In this document: positions 10,147 through 18,817 of the stretch, one piece after another
Layout: each line of letters starts with the position of its first letter
Position numbering within the stretch: the stretch's first letter is position 1
DNA from: Nitrospinales bacterium
GTDB lineage: Bacteria; Nitrospinota; Nitrospinia; Nitrospinales; VA-1
Assembly (NCBI GenBank): GCA_965223345.1
Contig: CBDCWG010000012.1
Coordinates: 192,001-256,000 of the forward strand
Direction of reading: 5' to 3'
DNA: 64,000 nt
Notes under the pieces: model-generated
What the model was told of the DNA's origin: nothing
The model's database searches: none
The model's input: only the letters and a program-made list of their open reading frames with translations
Program-made: the position numbers and the translations under genes

Positions 10147-11403
10147 TCACTTCCCAACGGAAACATTTACGAACGTCTGGCGCTCATCGGAATCGATGAT
10201 GAAAATGGAATAATTGCCTTTGGCGTCCTCTGAAGCTTCCACGGTGAACGCCCGTCCGAACGATTCGACCTGATTCAATTTCAAGCCGGTTTCTTTACCG
10301 TGCAGCTGTGCCAGGAAGGGTTTTTTCCCTCCTTTCACCACGAATCCCCTGGCATCTCCCGGAGCCAGAGTGAGGGTGTCGCTGGGTTCGATGGACAGAT
10401 CGTGAACCAGCAGGGTTGGCGACACGCCGCAATCTTCGAGTTTATGCTTTGGTTTTTGCTCCTTCACGGCCCGGATGAAACCGGCCATCTTGCGGCTGCG
10501 TAACGACAATTCCTCCATAGCCGGCTCCAGGTTGTCCTCCTTTGAAGCCATATTGGGAACAAACGATTCCTTCTCCATTCCGGTTATGTTGGGGGTTCTC
10601 AGATCCGAAGACTGCTGCGCAAGGCGGTTGATGATATTTGCAAGGTCCCTCAAATCTTTGTCATTGGAATGGATCGCGGCATCGACATCGGCTGAGATTT
10701 CATCGACCGCATCGACCAGCATCGTCCCCGCCCGGGACGCCTGATATTCCAGCGCCAGTCCAAGCCGGTAGGTTTCTTTCGACTCTTTTAAAAGATCATT
10801 TGCCCGCTTCATTCTTTTTTTGTTTTCTACCGATTCAGAAATGCGGGATACCTCTGACTCCACCCGGTTGATCGCCAGGTTCAGTTTATCCAGTTCTTCA
10901 CCGAGCTTCGCGTCCTTCAGGTCGAGAGGCCGCAGGGCGATGACGGCACAGCCGATGGCCTTGTAGCCCGCAGTGTACACCTTGTTTTTTTCCGGGCTGG
11001 CGAACCAGTATCCCAGGCCGAGGCCCGTCGCACCCGTCAAAGACAACGCGGTGACGGCATCGCCGCTGGCGCCGGTGATGGCGAGTCCCAAAACGGAGGC
11101 GGTCAAGGGAATGAGCCCCAGAGCCAAACCGTTTCTCAATAATTCCTGGTCGCCGATGGAGTCCTTGTAATCTTCTTTTACCTTATTGGCGTATATCTCA
11201 CCGTCCTGAAACTCGATGGGCCGCGTACGATACGCTTCACTGTCGATATAGTTCCCGTCACTATCCCGTTGATACGCATCGTCCTCTAAACCCAGTCCAG
11301 GCCTGGCCCACTGTCCATTCGGCTTGATCAGCGAACAGTTGGAAATGAACAAAGCAAGGATCAAAATCGTTGCAATCTTTAATTTCCTTCTGAATTTTTT
11401 CAT
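10147..11403 (-). CDS. Hypothetical lipoprotein/membrane protein (418 aa)
   Basis: Basic N-terminus + hydrophobic stretch + ISNC; Gly/Ala-rich hydrophobic hairpin; coiled-coil-like centre; visibly more AT-rich than neighbours. Confidence 0.7.
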   Translation of the reverse strand: MKKFRRKLKIATILILALFISNCSLIKPNGQWARPGLGLEDDAYQRDSDGNYIDSEAYRTRPIEFQDGEIYANKVKEDYKDSIGDQELLRNGLALGLIPLTASVLGLAITGASGDAVTALSLTGATGLGLGYWFASPEKNKVYTAGYKAIGCAVIALRPLDLKDAKLGEELDKLNLAINRVESEVSRISESVENKKRMKRANDLLKESKETYRLGLALEYQASRAGTMLVDAVDEISADVDAAIHSNDKDLRDLANIINRLAQQSSDLRTPNITGMEKESFVPNMASKEDNLEPAMEELSLRSRKMAGFIRAVKEQKPKHKLEDCGVSPTLLVHDLSIEPSDTLTLAPGDARGFVVKGGKKPFLAQLHGKETGLKLNQVESFGRAFTVEASEDAKGNYSIFIIDSDERQTFVNVSVGK

Positions 11404-11717
11404 AGTATTTCTCTATTGAAAATTTTTACGGTCCGGCTTTAGAAGAATAATTACCTAAAAACCATTCACTCCCCAATTTCACTTTCACTGATTCCCGGAA
11501 GCAAAAATTTTCCAGAGGCTGAGGCGGCATCGAGATAATGATGCGCGCGCTCTCCAGTCCTGGGACTCCGGAAAGGTTGACTTTCAGCTAAATATCTATT
11601 GAAATCGATATTAATTTAGCCATTTTTGACAATCAACTTGTGATTTAAACCACTGACCCGGGTGCTCTGCTTCAAATGCACCACTCAAGCCGGGCTCGGT
11701 AACACTTAGGAGAGAAA

Positions 11718-13124
11718 CTATTCCTGGTGCTGTTTCGGACTCAATTGATTTTGAAGTTCCTCGGCGGGGTAGGTGAGGATCTCCGACAAGGTGGGATGGT
11801 AATGCGGAATGGTGGTCAAATCCCGCACGGTGCCGCCAAAATGCATGAGGGTGATCATCTGGTGGATCAGCTCGCCGGCCTCGGGACCGACGATGTGCGC
11901 GCCGATCACTTCGCCGATGACCGGACGGCACAGGATTTTCACGTGCCCGTGCAGCTCACCCATGCAGATGGATTTGCCGTGGTCGTCGAAGGGGTACGAC
12001 GCGGAAAGATAGGGGATGTCCTGCGTCCGGCATTCCTTCTCGCTGAGTCCCACGCTGGCCACGGTGGGATCGGTGAACACGATGCTGGTCTTCAGGCGGT
12101 CGTCGAAACGGCGCGGCGGCCGGTCGCGATGCACGGCGTTGTGGGCGGCGATCTCCCCCTGCTCGATGGCGACGTGCACGATCTCCTGCAGCCCGTTCAC
12201 GTCGCCGACGGCGTAGATGTGCGGCTGCGCGGTGCGCATGCAATCGTCCACGACGACGCGCCCGTGCTCGAGCGTCACCCCCGCCGCTTCCAGGTTGAGC
12301 TCCGCCACGTTCGGCACCCGGCCCAGCGCCTGCAGGATGACCTGGGCCTCGACGTTTTTTTCCTCACCGTGATGCAAAAACCGCACGACGCGCGCATCGC
12401 CGTTTTTGTGCACGCCGATGAGGCGGGTGGAGGTGTAGACCTGCATGCCCTCTTGACGGAAACGCGCTTCCACCGGGCGGGCCAGATCTTCGTCGCCGCC
12501 GGACAGAATGTGATGGCTGCGCTGAATCAGATGCACCGCCACGCCGATGCGGGAAAAAAACTGCGCCAGCTCCACAGCCACCGGCCCGGCCCCGAGCACG
12601 ATCATGGAGCGCGGCATTTTTTTCCATTGCAGCACGTCGTCGCTGGTGACGTAGCCGGTCTCATCGAGTCCGGGAATGGGAAAATGCGCGATGCGCGATC
12701 CGGTGGCGATGATGAAGCTGCTTGCGGTCAGGGTGCGGTCGCCGACGCGCACGGCGTCGGGGGAAACGAAAGCGGCGGGTTCCTCGATCAGGGTGAAGCG
12801 CGGGTCCTTGAGCTGTTCGACCCGGTAGCGGGTGAATTCGCCGATGATCCGATCCTTGCGGGCGTTGATGGCGGCGAGGTCGGCCCCGGCCTCGACGGGC
12901 AGCAGGCCGAATTCGGGAGCGCGGCGCAGCAGGGACATCACGTCCGAGGAACGCAGCAGCGTCTTGGTGGGCATGCAGCCGCGCAGGATGCACAGCCCGC
13001 CCAGCGGACCGGGGTCGGCGATGGCGACGCGCGCGCCCGCCTCCTGCGCGGTTCTCGCCGCGGCGTAGCCCGCGGAGCCGCCGCCCAGGATCAGCACATC
13101 GAAGTCGGTGGACCCGGTTGCCAT
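11718..13124 (-). CDS. Flavoprotein disulfide reductase (dihydrolipoamide dehydrogenase/MerA superfamily)
   Basis: GGGSAG FAD motif, redox-active GGLCILRGCMPTK, GAGPVA dinucleotide motif, C-terminal HYHPTLSE; start placed at MATGS. Confidence 0.9.
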   Translation of the reverse strand: MATGSTDFDVLILGGGSAGYAAARTAQEAGARVAIADPGPLGGLCILRGCMPTKTLLRSSDVMSLLRRAPEFGLLPVEAGADLAAINARKDRIIGEFTRYRVEQLKDPRFTLIEEPAAFVSPDAVRVGDRTLTASSFIIATGSRIAHFPIPGLDETGYVTSDDVLQWKKMPRSMIVLGAGPVAVELAQFFSRIGVAVHLIQRSHHILSGGDEDLARPVEARFRQEGMQVYTSTRLIGVHKNGDARVVRFLHHGEEKNVEAQVILQALGRVPNVAELNLEAAGVTLEHGRVVVDDCMRTAQPHIYAVGDVNGLQEIVHVAIEQGEIAAHNAVHRDRPPRRFDDRLKTSIVFTDPTVASVGLSEKECRTQDIPYLSASYPFDDHGKSICMGELHGHVKILCRPVIGEVIGAHIVGPEAGELIHQMITLMHFGGTVRDLTTIPHYHPTLSEILTYPAEELQNQLSPKQHQE

Positions 13125-13138
13125 GCGTGCGCCGCCCG

Positions 13139-13669
13139 CTAAAGGGTCCGGCATTCCTCTTCGGTGAGGCCGAATTCCTTGGAGCATTCGTTCAACAGGT
13201 CCACGGCGTTGTTCTCCATGAACGTGTCGCCGGTTTTGTTGAACTGGTCGCGCGCCTGGATCAGGTGGTGGATGGTTTCCTTGCCGCGCTTGATGGAGTA
13301 GTACAGCATGGCGAGGTTGCTGTGGGCTTTGGCGAACTCGGGATTGATGCGCAGCGCTTCCTTGTAATGGTTGAACGCTTCATCGGTCTCACCGATCAGG
13401 TTGCTCACAACCGCCAGGCTGTAGTGCACCATCGGCGCTTCGGGTTTGATGCGCAGGGCCTCCCGGAAACATTTGGAGGCCTCGAGGTTCATGCGCACTT
13501 TTCCGTAACGGATGCCGAGGTTGAACTGCGCCAGAAAATGATCCGGGTCCAGAGCCACCGCTTTCTTGTAGGACTCCATCGCGGTCGCGTTGTCGCCGGC
13601 GCGGCCTGCGGACAACCCTTCCTGAAACCAGTCTTCTGCGGTTTTCGTGTCTTGCGATTCGGGTGCCAT
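13139..13669 (-). CDS. Tetratricopeptide repeat protein
   Basis: Repeated TPR signatures (YKKAVALDP..AQFNLG, FREALRIKP, YKEALRINP..AHSNLA). Confidence 0.88.
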   Translation of the reverse strand: MAPESQDTKTAEDWFQEGLSAGRAGDNATAMESYKKAVALDPDHFLAQFNLGIRYGKVRMNLEASKCFREALRIKPEAPMVHYSLAVVSNLIGETDEAFNHYKEALRINPEFAKAHSNLAMLYYSIKRGKETIHHLIQARDQFNKTGDTFMENNAVDLLNECSKEFGLTEEECRTL

Positions 13670-13954
13670 GGTTCTTCCTTGCAAAAAAGCCCCTTGGGGG
13701 CTTTTCGGGGTCGAAATTGAATTCTGAGTGGGGTCTATGCTACCTTATTGCCGCCCCGCTTTGCAACCGGAGGGCGGACCCCGGCCGACGGGCCGGCGGC
13801 AGCGCCGTTTTCACCGGGAAACAGGGAATTCCAATCGCCGGCGCAGCCCAACCACGCGCCGGTTTGCGCTTTGGGGCGGTCCCCATTTCGCCGGACGGAA
13901 CCGAACCGGTTGCGTCCGCTGCGAGGCGTTCGGATTTTAAGGAAAGAGGAAACG

Positions 13955-14224
13955 ATGGTAGAAAAAGGATCGGAGGAAGAGCGGCTGCTTCTGGGCCGCT
14001 GGATCAAGATGGGCCAGGGGCTCATCGTAGCGGGATCGGCGCTGGGAGAATCCTACCTGGACCCCAAGATCAAACGGCCGCAAGACGTCGAGGAAAAATC
14101 GCAGAAATACGTGAGCTTCGACCACGAAGTCGCGGAAAAGCTCCCCCACTTCAAGGGCCGGTTCCGCTGGGACCTGGAAAAGTATTACCGGGAAACGTTC
14201 GGCCCGTACCTGCCGAAGGACTGA
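13955..14224 (+). CDS. Hypothetical protein (89 aa)
   Basis: ATG at 13955 with AGAGGA RBS; codon usage matches the genome; upstream part of the listed ORF looks non-coding. Confidence 0.75.
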   Translation: MVEKGSEEERLLLGRWIKMGQGLIVAGSALGESYLDPKIKRPQDVEEKSQKYVSFDHEVAEKLPHFKGRFRWDLEKYYRETFGPYLPKD

Positions 14225-14235
14225 ATTCGAATTTT

Positions 14236-14559
14236 ATGTCACGCGTCAATTTGTGCGATTATGCCGAGCCGCCCGAAGAAGGCTCCGGGGTGAGCATCCC
14301 CTTCAAGCACCCCTACACCGAAATCCCCTACAAGATCGCCCTGTTCCAGGTGGAGGGCACCTACTACGCCATCACCGACCAGTGCAAGAAATGCGGCGGC
14401 AGCCTGGGCAAGGGCGGGTTGAATGGCCTGTTCGCTTTCTGCAACAACGAAGAATGCGGCTGGAACATCAAGAAGGGATACTGCAAGTTCGACCGCACAC
14501 TGGTGATGCCGACCTATAAAGTCTCGGTCGAAGACGGCGGCCTCGTCATCACCATCTGA
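14236..14559 (+). CDS. Rieske-fold ferredoxin-like protein lacking canonical His ligands
   Basis: IALFQVEGTYYAITDQC, GGSLGKG, W-N-I-K-K-G and TYKVSVEDG match the Rieske ferredoxin scaffold; boxes read CKKC and CNNEEC. Confidence 0.75.
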   Translation: MSRVNLCDYAEPPEEGSGVSIPFKHPYTEIPYKIALFQVEGTYYAITDQCKKCGGSLGKGGLNGLFAFCNNEECGWNIKKGYCKFDRTLVMPTYKVSVEDGGLVITI

Positions 14560-14584
14560 AATTTCTCCGCAAGCCACCCATCCT

Positions 14585-16024
14585 TCAGCGCCGCCAAGCG
14601 TGCACTTTCTTGAGGAAATTCAGGACGCCCTGGGGCGCGTGCGCTTTTTTCCATTCGCCCGCGGCGAACTTGTTGGCTTCGGCCATGGTCGGGTAGATGT
14701 GGATCGTGCTCAGGATGTCGTTGAGGCCGAGTCCGTGTTTCATGGCCGACACGTATTCCGCGATCAGATCACCTGCGTGGTAGCCGAGGATGGTGACTCC
14801 GAGGATCCTGTCCTTGCCGCGCTGCGTGAGCACCTTGACGACGCCGTGATCCTCGCTGTCGGCGATGGCCCGGTCGAGGTCGTCGATGCCGTAGCGGGTG
14901 ACTTCGTAGTCGATGCCCTGCTGCTTCGCTTCTTTTTCATTGATGCCCACGCGCGCCACTTCCGGATCGGTGAACGTGCACCAGGGGATCACGCGGTAAT
15001 CGACCTTGAATTTTTTCAGCGGGCTGAACAGGGCGTTGACCGCGCAGTACCACGCCTGGTGCGCCGCGGTGTGGGTGAACTGATACGGCCCGGCCACGTC
15101 GCCGCAGGCGTAGATGTTCGCATGCGTGGTGCTGCGCAGGTATTCGTCCACTTCGACGGTGCCGCGTTTCGTGGTCTTCACGCCGATCTCCTGCAGCCCG
15201 AATCCCTTTGAGTTGGCCGCGCGGCCGAGCGCCAGCAGAAGCTGGTCGAATTCGATCCTTTCGGTCTGTCCGTCCTTTTCCACGACGAGGTATTTTTTTC
15301 CGTCCTCGACCACCACTTCCTTGCCCATGGTGCCCGTGCGCACCTCGACGCCTTCCTCGACGAAACGCTTGCAGACGGCGTCGCTGATCTCATCGTCTTC
15401 CCGGCTCAGAATGCAGGGCGCTTTTTCGATCTGGATGACCTGCGTGCCCAGGCGGGCGAAACACTGGGTCATCTCCGAACCGATGGGGCCGCCGCCGAGC
15501 ACCACCAGCCGTTTGGGCTGCTCGCGGATTTCCCACAGATTGTCGGTGGTCAGGTAATCGACCTGATCGAGTCCCGGCATCGGCGGCACGAAGGGCCGCG
15601 CGCCGGTGGCGATGATGATGTTTTTGGTGGTGAGGGTTTTGCCGTTGACCTCGACCTCATGCGGAGACAATATCTTCGCGGCTCCGGTGTGACAGTCCAC
15701 GCCGAGACCCGTGTAGCGCTCGATGCTGTCGTGCGGTTCGACTTTTTTGATGACGGTCTGCACCCGCTCCATGACATCGGCGAAATTGAACGTCGCCTCG
15801 GCGGAACTCAATCCGTAATCCTTGTGCCGCTTGATGTAGGAAAGCATTTTGGCGGTGCGGATCAGCGCCTTGCTGGGAACGCATCCGGTGTTGAGGCAGT
15901 CGCCACCCATCTTGTGTTTTTCGATCAGCGCCACTTTGGCTTTCACCGCCGCGGCAATATAAGACGAAACCAGGCCGGCGGAACCCGCTCCGATCACGAT
16001 GACGTTGTAGTCCATTTTGGCCAT
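14585..16024 (-). CDS. Flavoprotein disulfide reductase (MerA-like, no C-terminal Cys pair)
   Basis: GAGSAG, GGDCLNTGCVPSK, GGGPIG, YQFTHTA, C-terminal HIYPTMAE. Confidence 0.9.
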   Translation of the reverse strand: MAKMDYNVIVIGAGSAGLVSSYIAAAVKAKVALIEKHKMGGDCLNTGCVPSKALIRTAKMLSYIKRHKDYGLSSAEATFNFADVMERVQTVIKKVEPHDSIERYTGLGVDCHTGAAKILSPHEVEVNGKTLTTKNIIIATGARPFVPPMPGLDQVDYLTTDNLWEIREQPKRLVVLGGGPIGSEMTQCFARLGTQVIQIEKAPCILSREDDEISDAVCKRFVEEGVEVRTGTMGKEVVVEDGKKYLVVEKDGQTERIEFDQLLLALGRAANSKGFGLQEIGVKTTKRGTVEVDEYLRSTTHANIYACGDVAGPYQFTHTAAHQAWYCAVNALFSPLKKFKVDYRVIPWCTFTDPEVARVGINEKEAKQQGIDYEVTRYGIDDLDRAIADSEDHGVVKVLTQRGKDRILGVTILGYHAGDLIAEYVSAMKHGLGLNDILSTIHIYPTMAEANKFAAGEWKKAHAPQGVLNFLKKVHAWRR

Positions 16025-16198
16025 GATGCTGTTTTCCTGTTGGGTGCTGGGTTGTTATTCGGACACGTTTGCCATTTAGATAGCACGGGTGGAGTCGCGC
16101 CGGGAGGAAATTCATTACAAAATTCCGGGCTGCCGGGAAAAACCGGCGGCCCTTGCGGCTTTTGAAGCGCGAAGGAACAGGACGGGAAAGGCGGTGAT

Positions 16199-18688
16199 TT
16201 ACCGCGAGCTGGAGAAGAAGATGCCGAGCTGGATCTTGAAGGCTTTTTCGTAATAGCCCTCTTTCCAGTGGATGGCGAGCTTGATCTGATCCTGGGTCAG
16301 GTTCTGGGCGTCGTAAAAGACGGTGTTGGACACTTCCGCGTTGGTCAGGTCGGCGTCCTTGAAATCGACGCCGGTCAGATCCGCCGACTCCAGATTGGTT
16401 TCCCGAAGGTCGGCGCCTCTGAGGTTGGCGTTGGTGAGATCGGCGTCGGACAGGTCGGCAAAGCGCAGGTCCGCGCCGCGCAGGTCCGCACCGCGCAGGT
16501 TGGCCCCTTTCATGCGCGCGAGGTGCAGGTTCGCCCCCACCAGCGACGCGCCGCCCAACTTGGCGTTGCTCAAAAACGCCGATTCCGCGACCAGGTAGTT
16601 GAGGTTGGCGCGCTCGAGCTTCGCGCCGCGCACCCATTTGAGGCTGCTCTCATCGTCGGGGTCGTAATTAACGGGTTTTTGGGAAACGTCCCGTTCGGAG
16701 AGGTTGGCTTTCAGCCGGTCCAGAACGGGTTGCGGCAGCTTCTCATACTTCGGCAGCGGGTCGCCGGCGGAGCCGGGCAGTCCGGCGACCTCCCACGGCA
16801 ACAGCTTGAGGGGAACGGAGGCATCGTTCAGGTTGCCCTCGATGGCCTTGTGCGACAGGGAGGAGGTGACCGCAAGCACGGGAAACACGATGAGCAGGGT
16901 GATGACCACCACGCTCCACGAAGGCATCTTGCGGTTGCGCAGCGTCTGCTTGGCGAGAAAGTGCAGGGCGATGGCGAAAAAGATGGAAAGCACCAACAGC
17001 ACGATCTGCAAGCGCGTGCCCGCCCAATCGTGGCGGTTGAGGTAGCGCAGCCAGAATGTCGCCAGCAGGATCGGCAGCGCATACCAGCACATGGTCACCA
17101 CCAGCACGTTGCGCAGCTTTCCGAGGACGGCTTCCAGGCTGAGGCTTTCCCGCAGCACGGTGAACCATTTTCGTTTTTTGTGTTTGCGGGTGGAAAAGTT
17201 GCGCACCCAGGTGTTCAAAAGCCAGGGATAGATTTTTTCGTCGAGCGGCGTACCGTCGGGGAACACCGCGGGCAGCTTGGAGATCAGCCGCCACTGGTGC
17301 TGCAACTGAAGATGAAAATAGAGGTACAGCCCGAGCAGCACCAGCGGTGCGAAAAAATAAAATCCGGCGATGGGAAACGGCGTCTGGATCACCGGCAGCG
17401 GCGACGTGGTGGAGTTGGTCAAAAGCTGGATGTCGTCGGTGGCGGCGATCGTCAGCACGGAAAACGCCATCCCGGCGATGAGCCAGGCGTACAGCTTGCG
17501 CGCGATGAGCGAGGCTTCGGAGACGGCTTTGACGCCGTCGAAACTCTGGATCGCTTCCGGCAGCACGGTGTTGGTGACCACCGCGCCGCCCAGGTTCATG
17601 CCGGCGGTTTTGGTGCCGCTCATGTCGGCGCGGATCAACAGCGCGTTCTTGAAGTTGGTGCCTGTGAGATCGGCGCGCGTGAGATCCGCGTCGGTGAGGT
17701 CGGCGCCGGTCAGGTCCGCATGGGCGAGATTGACTTTTCCCGGCACTTCCAGATCCGGCTGCGTGCGTGAGAGGTCCGCGCCGATGAGACGGCAGCCGGA
17801 CAGGTCCGCCGCTTCGAGCCGCACGTTCCTGAGACAGGAGTCGCGCAGATCCGCGCCCGGAAGCTTCGCCCCGGAGAGGTTGGCGTTGTCCCACTTGGAA
17901 TGGCGCAGGCTCGCGCCGGTCAGATCAGAAAACGCCAGGTTGGCGCGCGACAGGTTGGCCTCCTTCATCACCGCGTCGCGAAAGCGCGACATCTGCAGAC
18001 TGCACTGGGTGAGGTCGGCCTTGCACAGGTTCGCGCCGGTCAGGTCAGCTTCCTGCAGCGTCGCTTCGGACAGCACCGCGCCTTTCAGGTTGGCGCGCGT
18101 CATCAGGGCCTGCTTCAGACTGGCGCGCGTCAGGTCCGCTTCGCCCAGATTGGCTTCGCTCAAGTCCGCCTTGTCCAGTTGGGCGTGCACGAGGGAAGCC
18201 TCGGCGAGGTTGACCCGCACCAGCTTCGCTCCCTGCAGGTTGATGTCGTTCAGAACCGCTTTGGAGAAATCCGCTCCGGTAAGATTGGCGGCGCCGAGGT
18301 ACACCTTGTTCAACACCGCGCCGGAAAAGTTCACCTCCTCGATGTTGGCGCCTTCGAGCAGGGCTTCGTCGAGATTGGCCTCGGAAAGGTCGGCGCCTTT
18401 GAGGATCGCGCCGCGGAAGTTGGCGCGGCTGAGCTGCGCGCCTTTCAGGTTGGCTCCGGTGAGATCGACGTGCGTGAGGTTCGCGCCTGAGAGGTCCGCC
18501 CCGGTGAAGTTCACTTCGTACAGGTTCTGCCCGGAGAGGTCGGCGAACTTGAGGTCGTAGTTGCTGAAGTCCGGTTTGCTCGCCAGATCCGGATTCATCT
18601 GCCAGCGCTGCACCTCGCGCAGCTTTTCATCCCACTCCTGGCGGGTCACCTTCACTTTCGTCACCCACTTTTCTTCCGTTTCGGCCAT
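16199..18688 (-). CDS. Pentapeptide-repeat membrane protein (829 aa)
   Basis: Extensive A(D/N)Lxx repeats in N- and C-terminal blocks separated by several hydrophobic helices. Confidence 0.92.
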   Translation of the reverse strand: MAETEEKWVTKVKVTRQEWDEKLREVQRWQMNPDLASKPDFSNYDLKFADLSGQNLYEVNFTGADLSGANLTHVDLTGANLKGAQLSRANFRGAILKGADLSEANLDEALLEGANIEEVNFSGAVLNKVYLGAANLTGADFSKAVLNDINLQGAKLVRVNLAEASLVHAQLDKADLSEANLGEADLTRASLKQALMTRANLKGAVLSEATLQEADLTGANLCKADLTQCSLQMSRFRDAVMKEANLSRANLAFSDLTGASLRHSKWDNANLSGAKLPGADLRDSCLRNVRLEAADLSGCRLIGADLSRTQPDLEVPGKVNLAHADLTGADLTDADLTRADLTGTNFKNALLIRADMSGTKTAGMNLGGAVVTNTVLPEAIQSFDGVKAVSEASLIARKLYAWLIAGMAFSVLTIAATDDIQLLTNSTTSPLPVIQTPFPIAGFYFFAPLVLLGLYLYFHLQLQHQWRLISKLPAVFPDGTPLDEKIYPWLLNTWVRNFSTRKHKKRKWFTVLRESLSLEAVLGKLRNVLVVTMCWYALPILLATFWLRYLNRHDWAGTRLQIVLLVLSIFFAIALHFLAKQTLRNRKMPSWSVVVITLLIVFPVLAVTSSLSHKAIEGNLNDASVPLKLLPWEVAGLPGSAGDPLPKYEKLPQPVLDRLKANLSERDVSQKPVNYDPDDESSLKWVRGAKLERANLNYLVAESAFLSNAKLGGASLVGANLHLARMKGANLRGADLRGADLRFADLSDADLTNANLRGADLRETNLESADLTGVDFKDADLTNAEVSNTVFYDAQNLTQDQIKLAIHWKEGYYEKAFKIQLGIFFSSSR

Positions 18689-18817
18689 GCGCGCAACCTG
18701 ATGGATTTTAGGTGAATTTTAGGGAGTTTATCAGAATTTCGGCCGAAATGGTTTAAGAGAACCTCTGAGATCCCGATATTTTTTCGTCCGGCCGATCGGC
18801 GCGCCTGCCTGTAAGTT

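Noticed and set aside
11718..16024. Mercury resistance (merA) call for either reductase
   Set aside because: No C-terminal Cys-Cys, no N-terminal HMA domain and no merR/T/P genes
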